A DNA stretch of 64,000 nucleotides. It comes from Armatimonadota bacterium. GTDB lineage: Bacteria > Armatimonadota > SYMT01. The DNA lies in NCBI GenBank assembly GCA_046292385.1, contig JBKBRF010000007.1:112738-176737 (forward strand), read 5' to 3'. A model generated the notes under the pieces. It was not told the DNA's origin and made no database searches. It was given only the letters and a program-made list of their open reading frames with translations. The translations under genes were made by a program, and so were the position numbers. Shown piece by piece: positions 30,540-41,069 of this stretch; the first letter of the stretch is position 1; each line of letters begins with the position of its first letter.

Positions 30540-31577
30540 GTGGAGAACAGAGAGCGGGCGGCCGGCGAGTTGCGGGTGATGAGCTTTAACGTGTTGTTCG
30601 ATACGGCGAACAATCCCGCCGGCCAGTGGGAGCAGCGGCGTCCACTCGTGCGGCAAGTTATTCACGACTGGCAGCCCGACGTCATCGGGGTGCAGGAAGC
30701 GACGCCGGGCCAGCTCCGCGATCTCTGCCAGGACCTGCCGGAATACGGTGTCGTCGAGGGCCGCCGCAGCGGGCAGAGCAAGGTCCCGCTCTGGATCGTC
30801 ACCCTCTCGCCGCTGCTCCTGGGCGCCGCGGCGGCAGCCAGGAGCCGGGCTCCGAAGGCGGTTTCCGGCACCCTGGCCGCCGCCGCGGCGGTACCGGTGC
30901 TGGGCACGGCGGCCGGACTGATCGCCAGTGGGAAGTCGTTCTTCCGCGGCGCCTACCGCCCCGTCTTCTATCGCCGCGACAGGCTCCGCCTGCGGGAGAG
31001 CGACGCCTTCGACATGGCGGAGCCGATCGACGATCCGCTGACGCTGCTGCTCGGAACCTGGCTGCCGCGGACCGGAACCCGGGTGCGCCTGGAGACGCTC
31101 GACGGACGGGCGTTCTCCCTCTTCAACGTCCACATCGACTACATGAGGTACATCACGCGGGGCAGCATCCAGCGGCTCCGCGACTACCTCGACGCGCACT
31201 GGGACGGCACGCCGCAGATCCTGACGGGCGACTTCAACGTCGATCTCGACAGCGAGGAGTGCGCGATCCTCCTTCGGCCCAACGAGGAGCCGGGCATGGA
31301 GAGCAGTTGGTGCATCGCGCGGGAGCGGCTCGGCCCGGAGATCACCTCGCACCAGGGCCTCGGGATCGACAGCCCCCACGCTGCGCGCGCCGACCATGTC
31401 ATGCTGCGCCCGGGGCTTCCGGTCGCCCGGGTGGTCACCGTAACCGATCACTCGGACGGGGCCTATCCCTCCGACCACTTCCCGGTGGTGGTGGACCTTT
31501 GCCTCGAGACCACTGCCGCAGGGACGGGGGTTGCCTCCTCGACCGGGAGCAGCGAGGCGAGCCCCTGCCCGGTCTGA
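30540..31577 (+). CDS. Endonuclease/exonuclease/phosphatase family protein with a hydrophobic insert
   Basis: LRVMSFNV, PDVIGVQE, NVHID, GDFN, SDHFPV; GGAGGAG SD before GTG 30540. Confidence 0.88.
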   Translation: MENRERAAGELRVMSFNVLFDTANNPAGQWEQRRPLVRQVIHDWQPDVIGVQEATPGQLRDLCQDLPEYGVVEGRRSGQSKVPLWIVTLSPLLLGAAAAARSRAPKAVSGTLAAAAAVPVLGTAAGLIASGKSFFRGAYRPVFYRRDRLRLRESDAFDMAEPIDDPLTLLLGTWLPRTGTRVRLETLDGRAFSLFNVHIDYMRYITRGSIQRLRDYLDAHWDGTPQILTGDFNVDLDSEECAILLRPNEEPGMESSWCIARERLGPEITSHQGLGIDSPHAARADHVMLRPGLPVARVVTVTDHSDGAYPSDHFPVVVDLCLETTAAGTGVASSTGSSEASPCPV

Positions 31578-31807
31578 AGAAGCCCTCGGCCGGGCGCTTC
31601 GCCATTCCGCCGGACCGCGACCCGGCGGCGCGGCGGTTTTCGCGCCGGTGAAAACCGGGAATACCGGGGTGGCCCATGGCACCTTGCCGGCGCCGGTCCC
31701 CTAAGAGCCTATCCGGACGACGCATGGTCCCCTCGCAGCCGGTTGCAGCCAAGCAGGCCGGTTCGGATCGGCTCTAACTCCCGCGGCGGTGAGTGAACGG
31801 AGAGGCG

Positions 31808-32680
31808 ATGCGGATCCTCTACGCGACGGACGGCTCGGAACAAGCCCTTGCCGCGGCACGGCTGCTGCTCGCCTTGCCGCCAGAGCTGGACCTGACGATC
31901 ACGGTGCTGACCGTAGCGGAGGCGCCGGGCTCGGAGACGGCGGCATCGGCGCAGCGGACGACGCTGGAAGCCCTGGGCGGCGGCACCGCGGAACTGGTGA
32001 CGAAGATCCGGAACGGCAAGCCGGCCGCGGAAATCGTGCAAGAGATCGAAGAGGATCCTCCGGACATGGTGGCCCTGGGGTCGCGCGGGCTGGGCGCCGT
32101 GGCCCGGTTCCTTCTGGGGAGTGTCGCGGAGCGGGTCGCGCGACATGCTTCCTGCCCGGTGCTCGTGGCCCGCGAGCTGAAAGAGGGGATCCGGAGGGTG
32201 ATCCTGGGGATCGACGGCTCGCCGGGGGCCGCATACGCCACCGAGTGGCTGCAGCGCTTCCCGCTCCCGCCGGACTGCGAGGTGCGCGTCGTCACGTCGG
32301 TGCCTCAGTACAACCTCCGCGCGTATTCCGCCGAACGGCTTCCGGGACTGGCGGACGAGCTTCAGGCCATCCAGCTCGCGGAGAGGCTGGAGGCCGAGCG
32401 GCGGCTGCAGCTCGTCTCCGCGGCGTTCCTGGAAGCGGGGAAGCAGGCGGTGCCGGAGCTTCGGCAGCAGCATCCGGCGCTGGGACTGGTGGAGGCGGCG
32501 GAGCAGCTAGAGGCCGATCTGCTGGTGGTCGGCCGGCAGGGGATGAGCCGCATCGAGCGCTTCCTGATGGGCAGCGTCTCGGAACACGTCCTTCACCACG
32601 CGCCCTGCTCGGTGCTCATCATTCCGAACCCGAATGCTCCGGAGGAAGCGGCCCCGGCGGAGCATAGATTCGCGAGCTAA
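31808..32680 (+). CDS. Universal stress protein (tandem Usp domains)
   Basis: ILYATDGSE; GSRG..FLLGSVAERV; FLMGSVSEHV. Confidence 0.95.
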   Translation: MRILYATDGSEQALAAARLLLALPPELDLTITVLTVAEAPGSETAASAQRTTLEALGGGTAELVTKIRNGKPAAEIVQEIEEDPPDMVALGSRGLGAVARFLLGSVAERVARHASCPVLVARELKEGIRRVILGIDGSPGAAYATEWLQRFPLPPDCEVRVVTSVPQYNLRAYSAERLPGLADELQAIQLAERLEAERRLQLVSAAFLEAGKQAVPELRQQHPALGLVEAAEQLEADLLVVGRQGMSRIERFLMGSVSEHVLHHAPCSVLIIPNPNAPEEAAPAEHRFAS

Positions 32681-32720
32681 CCCTCGTTGGCGGCCGGAAG
32701 CGATCTCACCGGAGGTTGCC

Positions 32721-33515
32721 ATGGAGAAGGTTCTACTGATCGTCTTCGACACGGAGAGCCAGGCCCGCCTGGGAGAGCAGGCGCTCCGGGAGCTGGACGC
32801 CGAGGGGAGTATCACGGTCTTCGCCTCGGCCCTGGTTGGCAAGGACGAGGGGGGACAGGTCACGCTGGAGAGGGTGAGCGATCAGAGCTCGAGCCCACTC
32901 CTCGCCAGTACCCTGGTCGGCGCCCTGGCCGGACTGGTGATGGGGCCGGTGGGCGCGGCGGTCGGAGCCGCCGGCGGGGCGATGTTCGGCGGCATGTACG
33001 AGCTGGTGAAGCGGGGGAGTCGCGCGGAGCTCCTGGCGGTGGCGGAGCGCCAACTGCAGCCGGGGAAGGCTGCCGTGATCGCGGAAGTGGATGAGCCGCA
33101 GGTCCTGCCGGTCGAGACGCGCATGGCCGCCGCGGGCGGGGTCGTCTTCCGCCTCCCACGCACCGACGTCGAGGATCTCCTGATCGAGCGAGAGCTGGAA
33201 GCCTGTAGGACGGAAATCGCGGAGCTGCGGCGGGAGCGCCACGAAGCCGAGGGCGAGGCGCGGACGGTGCTTCAGAGCCGGCTAGCCGCCGCCGAGCAGA
33301 AGCTGGCGGACCGGGTCCGGGACGCGCAGGCGGCGATCGAGGCCGCGGGGAGAGTGGCGGAGGCAAAGGCCCGCACGCTGGAAGAGCGAGCGGCCGCCGC
33401 GGATAGCGAGCGGCGCGGGCGGCTCCAGGTGAGCGCCGCCGACCTCCGTGCCGATTACGAGCGCCGCCGGGCGAGACTCACCCGGGCCCTGGGGCAGGTC
33501 GACGAGGCAGCCTGA
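32721..33515 (+). CDS. DUF1269-like glycine-zipper membrane protein with a coiled-coil tail
   Basis: GALAGLVMGPVGAAVGAAGGA, LQPGKAAVIAEVDE; GGAGG SD. Confidence 0.8.
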   Translation: MEKVLLIVFDTESQARLGEQALRELDAEGSITVFASALVGKDEGGQVTLERVSDQSSSPLLASTLVGALAGLVMGPVGAAVGAAGGAMFGGMYELVKRGSRAELLAVAERQLQPGKAAVIAEVDEPQVLPVETRMAAAGGVVFRLPRTDVEDLLIERELEACRTEIAELRRERHEAEGEARTVLQSRLAAAEQKLADRVRDAQAAIEAAGRVAEAKARTLEERAAAADSERRGRLQVSAADLRADYERRRARLTRALGQVDEAA

Positions 33516-33690
33516 TCCCACAGTCGGAGATGGAAGGGTGGATTTGGCAAGGGAGGGTGGGAGCTGCTGAAGGAGAAGGACCGCGCCCAGGAAGCATCCG
33601 GTCACGTGAACACCGGAGAAACGCGACGCGCTCCAGCAACTGCTCGCCGGTGGCACGGCGCCGGCGCGGACCCTCACCTAGTGTGTGCGC

Positions 33691-34665
33691 TCAAGTGTGC
33701 GTGGGCTGTCGGGCGCCTGCCCCGTGCCACTGCGGCAGGCTGAGCGGCGGCAGCACGCGCTCTAGCTCCTGGCGTGAGGGCTCCAGCCAGGGTGGGAGCT
33801 GCAAGCGGGTGCCCAGCTCTTCCTCGGCCTCGTCCGCCGTGAAGCCCGGCGGCTCCGTGGCGATCTCGAAGAGCACGCCGCCCGGCTCCCGGAAGTAGAT
33901 CGAGTGGAAGTAAGTCCGGTCGATCAACGGAGTGACGTTGAGGCCCAGTTCCGAGATCCGTTCTCGCCAGGCGAGCTGCTGGGCGTCGTCCGGCGTCCGG
34001 AACGCGACGTGGTGGACCACCCCCGCTCCCATCCCCCCGCGGCGGGCGTCCGGTACGCAGAGGAGGTCGACCGTCGCGGCCTGCTCGCCGGCTCCGGCGC
34101 GGTAGCGGAAGCGAGTTCCTTCGCTGCCCACCGCGTGAAAGCCGAGCTCTTCGGAGAGGAGCCGCGCGGTCCGCTCGTACCCCTCTTCGGAGAGCGTCAC
34201 GGAATGGAAGCCGCGGAGGGCGTGCTCCGCGGGGACCGGGCCGCCGGTGGGGACGTGCCTTCCGGTCTCCGGCGTGGCGACGATCTCCAGCCGGATGCCG
34301 TCCGGATCCGTGAAGCTCAGGAACTCCTCCCCCAGGCGGTGGCCCGGCTGCGCGGCCACGAGATGCTGCTGGAGGCGCTCCATCCAGTACCCCAGCGAGC
34401 CCTCCGGCACCGCAAAGGAGGTGGTAGTGACCTGCGGCGGACCGACGCGCCCGCGGGGGGCACCGGGCCAGGCGAAGAAGGTCATGATCGTTCCGGGGCT
34501 GCCCAGCTCGTCTCCGTAGTAAAGGTGATAGCTGGTCGGATCATCGAAGTTGACGGTCAGCTTCACCAGCCGCAGGCCGAGCACGCCGCTGTAGAAGTCG
34601 ACGTTCTGCTGCGGGAGGGCGGTAATCGCGGTGACGTGGTGGAGGCCGGGAAGGGTCGGGGTCAT
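33691..34665 (-). CDS. Ring-cleaving dioxygenase (MhqO-like VOC family)
   Basis: GLHHVTAI, VNFDDP..YHLYYGD, VHHVAFR, DRTYFHSIYFREPGGVLFEIAT. Confidence 0.95.
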   Translation of the reverse strand: MTPTLPGLHHVTAITALPQQNVDFYSGVLGLRLVKLTVNFDDPTSYHLYYGDELGSPGTIMTFFAWPGAPRGRVGPPQVTTTSFAVPEGSLGYWMERLQQHLVAAQPGHRLGEEFLSFTDPDGIRLEIVATPETGRHVPTGGPVPAEHALRGFHSVTLSEEGYERTARLLSEELGFHAVGSEGTRFRYRAGAGEQAATVDLLCVPDARRGGMGAGVVHHVAFRTPDDAQQLAWRERISELGLNVTPLIDRTYFHSIYFREPGGVLFEIATEPPGFTADEAEEELGTRLQLPPWLEPSRQELERVLPPLSLPQWHGAGARQPTHT

Positions 34666-34681
34666 CAGTCGCTCCTCCGGG

Positions 34682-35032
34682 TCAGTCGAGCACGATAAAG
34701 AGGGAGCGCCGCTCCCGGGGCTCGACGTTGCGCGTGCGGTGGCCGCGGCCGGTGGTGTCCTCCAGCAGCAGGACCTCGCCGCCGCGGAAGGTGCGGCGCT
34801 CGCCGTCCGAGACCTCGATCTCGATGGCGCCGTCGAGCAGCACGATGAACTGCCGCTGCGGAGCCGGATGCCAGTCGTAGTCGTAGCCCGGCTCGTTGGT
34901 CCGAAAGATCACGGAGCGCGCCGGGATCGGCGGCGAGAGCCGGCCGATCGGACCGGCATCGCGCAGCTCGACCTCCTGCTCCTCGAAGTGGCTTTCCCCG
35001 GCTTCATCGGCGTAGACGCGGGTGAATCTCAT
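34682..35032 (-). CDS. Cupin-domain protein
   Basis: WHPAPQRQF..EVSDGE..EDTTGRGH. Confidence 0.85.
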   Translation of the reverse strand: MRFTRVYADEAGESHFEEQEVELRDAGPIGRLSPPIPARSVIFRTNEPGYDYDWHPAPQRQFIVLLDGAIEIEVSDGERRTFRGGEVLLLEDTTGRGHRTRNVEPRERRSLFIVLD

Positions 35033-35700
35033 CGACGCTCCTCCCGCGCCGGCACCGAGACCCGGCGGAGCAGGGACCGGCACGCCTCCAGCTCATCCTC
35101 ATTCACGCTGTGGGGCAGACCGGGATAGCGCCGGAGATCGACCGCGGCCCCCATCCGCGTGAACACCTCCGCCGTCTCCCGGACGCGCTCGAACGGGACG
35201 TGGGGATCCGGGTCGCCGGCCCCGAGAAAGACCGGGGTCCCGGCCAGGGAGCCGGGATAGTCGCGGGGCGTTCCCGGCGGCCCGATGAGGCCGCCGGTCA
35301 GGATCATCACCGCTCCGTAGCGCCGGGGGTGCCGCGCCGCGAGCTCCGCGGTGAGACAGGCGCCCTGGGAGAAGCCGAGCAGCGCGATCCGCTCCTCCGG
35401 AATGCCGCGCGCGAGGAGGTCGGTCACGACGCCCTCCAACCGGCGCAGCGCCGAGTCGAGGAACGGCTGGTTCGACTCCAGGGGCGCAAGGAACGAGAGC
35501 GGGTACCAGGTGTGTCCTGCCGCCTGGGGAGCCACCGCGGCCGCGTTGGGCAGTGCCAGGTCGTCGTAGAGACCCAGCATTCCGCGTGCCGGCGCCCCGC
35601 GGCCGTGGACGAGCACCAGGGTGGCGTCTGCCTGCTCCGGCGCCGGCCCGGCCGTCAGGACCGGTTGACCAGCGTGCGGGTCGGATCTCACCGCTTCCAT
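35029..35700 (-). CDS. Phospholipase/carboxylesterase (MhqD-like)
   Basis: VHGRG, GFSQGA, DPHVP, H-S-V catalytic region. Confidence 0.92.
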   Translation of the reverse strand: MEAVRSDPHAGQPVLTAGPAPEQADATLVLVHGRGAPARGMLGLYDDLALPNAAAVAPQAAGHTWYPLSFLAPLESNQPFLDSALRRLEGVVTDLLARGIPEERIALLGFSQGACLTAELAARHPRRYGAVMILTGGLIGPPGTPRDYPGSLAGTPVFLGAGDPDPHVPFERVRETAEVFTRMGAAVDLRRYPGLPHSVNEDELEACRSLLRRVSVPAREERR

Positions 35701-36098
35701 CGAGGCTCTCCCAACCGCTCGGACGGTGCAGGTGCGGGCCCGGCTCGAGTGCTCCCCTCGGCCGGGAGCATGACCGGGAGTCTACCCGGCCCGCGCGCCG
35801 CCGAACCAGGAGAGTCGGGCCGGGACCCGGGTGGGATTCCGGTCTTTCCGGACCGCCGGCGAGTTTCCGAGCCCGCCGTTTTGCCGGCGAGAGGCGTGGG
35901 AAGAGTGCGGTACTCCGCCTGCAGCAGGAACGTGAAGCGGGTCCCGGGGCGCGCCCTCGCAGTGGGCTCGAGCGGCTGTGATCCGGGGAAGCGGCCGGTC
36001 CATCGTGGGACGCCGACGGCCGCGGGACCGAACCGCCAGCCGGTCGCAGACGGATCGGCGTCCTGCTGCGAGCGCCGCTGATCCACGGAGGAAGCGAC

Positions 36099-36851
36099 AT
36101 GGACCTCCAGAACAAGTCCGCCATCGTCACCGGAGCGGGATCCGGCATCGGCCGCGCTCTGGCGCTCGCATATGCGCGGGAGGGCGCTCGCGTCGTCGTC
36201 TCGGACATTGCGGAGGAAAGCGGGCAGGAGACGGTCCGCCTGATCCAGGAGGCGGCGCCCGGGGCGGAAGCGCTGTTCGTCCGCGCCGATACCACCAGCC
36301 CGGAGGAGAACGAAGCGCTGGCGCGGGCGGCGGTGGACCGCTTCGGGGCCCTCCACATCGCCTGCAACAACGCGGGGATCGCCGGGGAGCTGAACCCCGT
36401 GGGCGAGCTCAGTCTGGAAGGCTGGCGGAAGGTGATCGACATCAATCTCTCCGGGGTCTTCTACGGCATGCGTGCGCAGATCCCGCGCATCCTGGACGCG
36501 GGCGGCGGCGCCATCGTCAACCTGTCCTCCATCCTGGGGCAGGTGGGGTCGGCAAACAGCAGCGGCTACGTGGCTGCCAAGCACGGAGTGGTGGGGCTCA
36601 CGAAGACGGCGGCGCTGGAGTACTCGGCGCGCGGCCTGCGCGTTAACGCCATCGGCCCCGGGTACACCGACACGCCCCTGCTGACCGAGCTGCCGCGCGA
36701 GACGCGGGAGGGCCTCGTCGCGCTGCACCCGATCGGCGGCCTGGGACGTGCCGAGGAAGTGGCGGAGCTGGTGGTGTGGCTGAGCAGCGACCGCGCCGGG
36801 TTCGTGACGGGCGCTTACTATCCGGTGGACGGCGGTTATCTGGCCCGGTGA
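36099..36851 (+). CDS. Short-chain dehydrogenase/reductase
   Basis: TGAGSGIG, NNAGI, YVAAK, VDGGY. Confidence 0.95.
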   Translation: MDLQNKSAIVTGAGSGIGRALALAYAREGARVVVSDIAEESGQETVRLIQEAAPGAEALFVRADTTSPEENEALARAAVDRFGALHIACNNAGIAGELNPVGELSLEGWRKVIDINLSGVFYGMRAQIPRILDAGGGAIVNLSSILGQVGSANSSGYVAAKHGVVGLTKTAALEYSARGLRVNAIGPGYTDTPLLTELPRETREGLVALHPIGGLGRAEEVAELVVWLSSDRAGFVTGAYYPVDGGYLAR

Positions 36852-36905
36852 CGCAGCCCGCGGCGACTCCCGGCGGAGAGGAGAAGCCCAGCCAGGAGTG
36901 ACGCG

Positions 36906-38288
36906 ATGCCCGCAGAACGTTTCGAGCTGGCCGTGGTGGGTGGGGGCAAGGGCGGCAAGACGCTCGCCGCGGCGCTGGCCTCGGCCGGCCGCAAGGTGGT
37001 GATGATCGAAAAGGGGATGATCGGCGGCAGCTGCATCAACGTCGCCTGCATCCCGACCAAGACGATGGTCAAGTCCGCCAGGGTGGCCGAGCTGGCCCGG
37101 CGGGCGGCGGAATTCGGCATTCGAGTCGCGTTCGAAGGGGCCGACGCTGCCGGTGTCCGCGGTCGTAGGGACGCGGTCGTCGCGGAGATGATCGAGCGCA
37201 ACCAGGCGAATTTCGACCGCTCCGGGATGACGCTGCTCATCGGCACGGCGCGCTTCATCGGCCCCCGCTTGCTGGAGGTCCGGCAGGACGACGGCGCGGC
37301 GCGGGAGGTGACGGCGGAACGAGTGGTGGTCAACACCGGCACCCGGCCGGCCCTGCCGCCGCTGCCGGGCCTGGCGGAGGCACGCGCGCTGAACAGCGAG
37401 TCGATTCAGGAGCTGGACCGCCTGCCCGAACACCTCATCATCGTCGGCGGCGGGTATGTCGGCTGTGAGTTCGCCCAGATGTTCCGCCGCTTCGGCAGCC
37501 GGGTCACCGTCCTCGAACGCTCCGAGACGTTCCTTCCGCGCGAGGATCCCGACATCGGGGAGCAGGTGCTCGGCCTCTTCCGGGAGGACGGGATCGGCGT
37601 GCGACTCGGGACCTCGGTCGCGCAGGTGGAAGGGCGGTCCGGGCAGTCGGTGCGCGTTCGAGTGCAGTCGCGGTCCGGCGAAGCGGTCGTGGAAGGATCC
37701 GATCTTCTCGCCGCCCTGGGCCGCGAGCCGAATACCGAAAGCCTCGATGCCGCGGCCGGCGGGATCGAGCTGGACAGCCGGGGATTCGTCCAGGTCAACG
37801 ACCGGCTGGAGACGACGGCGCCCGGAGTCTGGGCGGTGGGCGACGTGAACGGCGGGCCGCAGTTTACCCACGTCTCCCTGGACGATTACCGCATCGTGGC
37901 CGCGAACCTCTCCGGCGGTCAGCGCAGCACGGCGGACCGGGTAATCCCCTACACGCTGTTCATCGACCCCGAGCTCGGCCGGGTGGGGATGACGGAGGCG
38001 GAGGCTCGCCGGCAGGGGCGGCGCGTGCGCGTGGCGACGCTGCCGGCCGACGCGGTCCCGCGCGCCATGACCTCCGGAGAAACGCGGGGCCTGCTGAAAG
38101 TCGTCGTCGACGCCGACACGGATCAGGTCCTGGGGGCCGCCATTCTTGCGGCGGCAGGAGGAGAGGTGATGGCAGTGGTACAGGTCGCGATGCGGGCGGG
38201 TCTCACCGCGTCCGACCTCGGTGACATGATCTTCACGCACCCCACGATGGCGGAGAGCCTGAATGATCTCCTGGCGCGGCTGGAGTAG
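36906..38288 (+). CDS. Pyridine nucleotide-disulfide oxidoreductase (mercuric-reductase/RclA-like)
   Basis: GGSCINVACIPTK, GGGYVGCE, GDVNGGPQFTH, THPTMAE; no C-terminal CC of true MerA. Confidence 0.9.
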   Translation: MPAERFELAVVGGGKGGKTLAAALASAGRKVVMIEKGMIGGSCINVACIPTKTMVKSARVAELARRAAEFGIRVAFEGADAAGVRGRRDAVVAEMIERNQANFDRSGMTLLIGTARFIGPRLLEVRQDDGAAREVTAERVVVNTGTRPALPPLPGLAEARALNSESIQELDRLPEHLIIVGGGYVGCEFAQMFRRFGSRVTVLERSETFLPREDPDIGEQVLGLFREDGIGVRLGTSVAQVEGRSGQSVRVRVQSRSGEAVVEGSDLLAALGREPNTESLDAAAGGIELDSRGFVQVNDRLETTAPGVWAVGDVNGGPQFTHVSLDDYRIVAANLSGGQRSTADRVIPYTLFIDPELGRVGMTEAEARRQGRRVRVATLPADAVPRAMTSGETRGLLKVVVDADTDQVLGAAILAAAGGEVMAVVQVAMRAGLTASDLGDMIFTHPTMAESLNDLLARLE

Positions 38289-38321
38289 ATCGTCACTGCG
38301 CCGCGCGACCGCCTTCTTCGC

Positions 38322-38546
38322 TTACCGGACTCCTCTGAGGTCGCCGGCGGCTGCCGGCGCTTGGCCGTACTTCCAATCGGCCCAGAGCCACCCTGCGAGC
38401 CAGTGAAGGTGAGACGGATGCTCCGGCGGATAAGGATTCGCCGTTTCCTGCAGCCCGGATTTGTAAGCCAGGGTGCCTTCCATCTCTCCACGACGGGCTG
38501 TATCAGGGGTGCTGGTCTGCATTTCGCACTCGGTCCTGCGGGGCAT
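38322..38546 (-). CDS. Small hypothetical protein, Rmf/CrpP-like NPY..W..GW motif
   Basis: EGTLAYKSG..NPYP..HWLAGW; start uncertain. Confidence 0.5.
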   Translation of the reverse strand: MPRRTECEMQTSTPDTARRGEMEGTLAYKSGLQETANPYPPEHPSHLHWLAGWLWADWKYGQAPAAAGDLRGVR

Positions 38547-38671
38547 GTCTCCACTCTAGCGCCCGCCCACCCGAAGCACGGTCGGCTTCCGCCCCCAATT
38601 CCCTGCGCTTTAGCGCACTCCAGCCGGTGAAGAGCCGATGGCGCGTCATTGGCCCGCACGCCGCAGGGTGG

Positions 38672-39526
38672 TCAGCGAGCTTCCAGCACGCGCTGGAGCG
38701 CCCGGTCCAGCTCCGCCGCTGCCGGCAGCCTCAACCGGAAGACTTCCTCCAGTGCCGTGCGGATCTCGAGCGGAGTGGTGAGGCGGCGCTGCTCTCTCCT
38801 TCCGTCGAGGAAGTAGGTGTTGAGCTCGGTGTTGATCAGGGTGTAGCGGCAGCCCGCGTCGACCCGCGCCGCGACCAGGCTCCGCACGAACGGCGACTCC
38901 GGGTGAGTGGAGGTGTACCAGTTCGAGAGCTCGTAGTCGGCGGGATACTGCGCCGTCAGGTCGAAGCGGTAGAGCGGCTTCCACTCGCCGGCGACCTGCG
39001 CCTGGAGCTGGTAGAGGTCTTCCCAGGGGCGGATCCGGAACCGCTCGTGCGGAGTGCTCTGCTCCGTCTCCAGCTCCAGACGTAAAGGGCCGGACGGCGC
39101 CATCACGCCGAAGCCGATGTCGACGAGGAAAACTTGGTCGTCCAGGTCCACGCGGAGCAGCATGTGGCTGCGTGCCGGCCGGACCTCCTCCGGCTGGTTC
39201 CAGACCACCCGGGAGGCGAGGTAGCCGACCTGGAAGCCGAGCGCCTCCAGGACATGTCCCAGCAGCGAGTTCTGCTCGAAGCAGTAGCCGCCGCGGCCCT
39301 GGCGGACGAGCTTTTCCTGGAGCGTCTCCAGGTCGAGGCGCACGGGCCAGCCCAGCAGCGGGTTGAGGCCTTCGAACGGAATGCTGCTGAGGTGCCGCAG
39401 CACCAGGCCCCGCAGGGTCTCCAGGCGCGGCCGGAGCTCTCCCGTGTAGCCGATCCGCCGCAGATACGCATCCAGTTCCAGCTCGCTGCCCCTACCGGAG
39501 CGCCGGGTCGCCGCGAGGCTCGCCAT
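38672..39526 (-). CDS. Arylamine N-acetyltransferase
   Basis: YLRRIG, IPFE, RGGYCFEQN, HMLL, VDIGFG. Confidence 0.95.
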   Translation of the reverse strand: MASLAATRRSGRGSELELDAYLRRIGYTGELRPRLETLRGLVLRHLSSIPFEGLNPLLGWPVRLDLETLQEKLVRQGRGGYCFEQNSLLGHVLEALGFQVGYLASRVVWNQPEEVRPARSHMLLRVDLDDQVFLVDIGFGVMAPSGPLRLELETEQSTPHERFRIRPWEDLYQLQAQVAGEWKPLYRFDLTAQYPADYELSNWYTSTHPESPFVRSLVAARVDAGCRYTLINTELNTYFLDGRREQRRLTTPLEIRTALEEVFRLRLPAAAELDRALQRVLEAR

Positions 39527-39634
39527 CTTCGTTCTCCTCAGCCCCAGGAGTGCCTTTGAAAGCATACTTATGCAGTCGGGGTCCGGTGTGTCAACCCGGT
39601 CAGCCAACCAGGGGCCGGATCGGGCGGAGGCAGG

Positions 39635-40291
39635 ATGGATTCTCCAGGGTTTGTGGGGGCGGAGCACGCGTTTCACGACGCGGAGTTCGCCGCCGGCTGG
39701 GCGGAGCGCTTTACGCCGACCGCTCCTCGCCTGCGGTTGTTCGACGCAATGGTGGAGCAGCTGCGAGATTCGCCGGCGGCCGCCGGGCGGATCGTGGAGC
39801 TGGGAGCCGGCCCCGGGTTCCTGGCGGAGCGGGTGCTGGCGAGCCTGCCGGCGGTGCGGTACGTCGCGGTCGATTTTTCGGAGGCGTTCCTGTCGCTCGC
39901 GCGGCGCCGGCTCGCGCGGTTTGCGGACCGGGTCACGTGGGTCCGGGCGGACCTGCTCTCCCGCGAGTGGCCGGAGGCGGTAGGGGGGCCGGTCGAGGCG
40001 TGTGTCTCCACCTGGGCTCTGCACGATCTCGGCAGTCCCGAAGCGACGGGCAAGGTCTACGCGGACTGCGCGGGGCTGCTCGCCGGCTGCGGAGTGCTGC
40101 TGAACGGCGACTTCGTGAAGCCGGAGGGCACCGCGTACGCGTTCGAACCCGGCCGGTTCGAGGTGAGCCGACACCTGGAGTTTCTTCGCACGGCCGGGTT
40201 CGTCCGGTGTGAATGCCTGGAGATGTTCGAGCTCGAGATCCGGCGTCCCACCGCCGCGCAGAATTACGCGCTGCTCTCGGCCCATCGGTGA
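39635..40291 (+). CDS. Class I SAM-dependent methyltransferase
   Basis: VELGAGPG, VDFS, WALHDL. Confidence 0.9.
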   Translation: MDSPGFVGAEHAFHDAEFAAGWAERFTPTAPRLRLFDAMVEQLRDSPAAAGRIVELGAGPGFLAERVLASLPAVRYVAVDFSEAFLSLARRRLARFADRVTWVRADLLSREWPEAVGGPVEACVSTWALHDLGSPEATGKVYADCAGLLAGCGVLLNGDFVKPEGTAYAFEPGRFEVSRHLEFLRTAGFVRCECLEMFELEIRRPTAAQNYALLSAHR

Positions 40292-40639
40292 AGGGTCGCG
40301 CGGTCCGCCCCACGCGCTCGTCCAGGATAGGAGCATCCGGCCGGAAACGATTCGGGCGCCGCTGTTGCTGAAACAGCGGCGCCCGAACGGCTCATGATCC
40401 TGTTTTGCGCTGGCCCGGAACAGACAGGGCCGATTTCGTGCGGAACGCGGGGCTCCGGGAGGGGCGAAGGAGCCGGCCGTGGTGACTGGGGGGCGGGTCG
40501 GCGTCCTGGGCGATTCACCCGGTGAGGAGCCCTCACACCAGAAGCCTAGCAGTGCGGCGATGGCGCGGCATTGGCCGGGTGGCCAGTAAGCGGCCGGCCA
40601 CCCGGCCATTTCTAATCGGCCGCTTGCTCGGTTGCCGGA

Positions 40640-40936
40640 TTAGCGGTCGTTCAACCCCCGGTCCCGGAGCTTGGAGACGACGTTGTTGAGCGCCTCCGTG
40701 TCCCGGAAACGCAGCACCAGGCCATCTTCCCGCTCGCCGGCCACTCCGGTGAACCAGCTGGGGAAGTCGTGGTCCAGGCTATCCAGGCCGTCTCGAATCC
40801 GGCTCAGCAGCTCGCTGCGGACCGGCGTGCGGAGGTCGATCCCGGTGGCGCGCTCGAAGCCGTCGTGCGTGATCCAGACCGTCGGCTGGGTGCCGGCCGG
40901 CACCGTGGCCGCCTCGATTCCAAAGTCTCGAGCCAT
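40640..40936 (-). CDS. Hypothetical protein
   Basis: GAGGAG SD, plausible composition, no recognised motif. Confidence 0.6.
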   Translation of the reverse strand: MARDFGIEAATVPAGTQPTVWITHDGFERATGIDLRTPVRSELLSRIRDGLDSLDHDFPSWFTGVAGEREDGLVLRFRDTEALNNVVSKLRDRGLNDR

Positions 40937-41069
40937 CGCTCTCCTCCTCTTAAGTCACCGAGAGGGAGGTTCCCCGAGACTGGCGCAGGAAAACCCTTCC
41001 TGGGCGCCAGGGGAGGGAGCATGCCGGAGCTGACGATTCGAGAGCTGCGGGCGCGGGAGGTCGAGATCC

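Noticed and set aside
36906..38288. True merA mercury-resistance locus
   Set aside because: Lacks the C-terminal Cys pair and mer neighbours.
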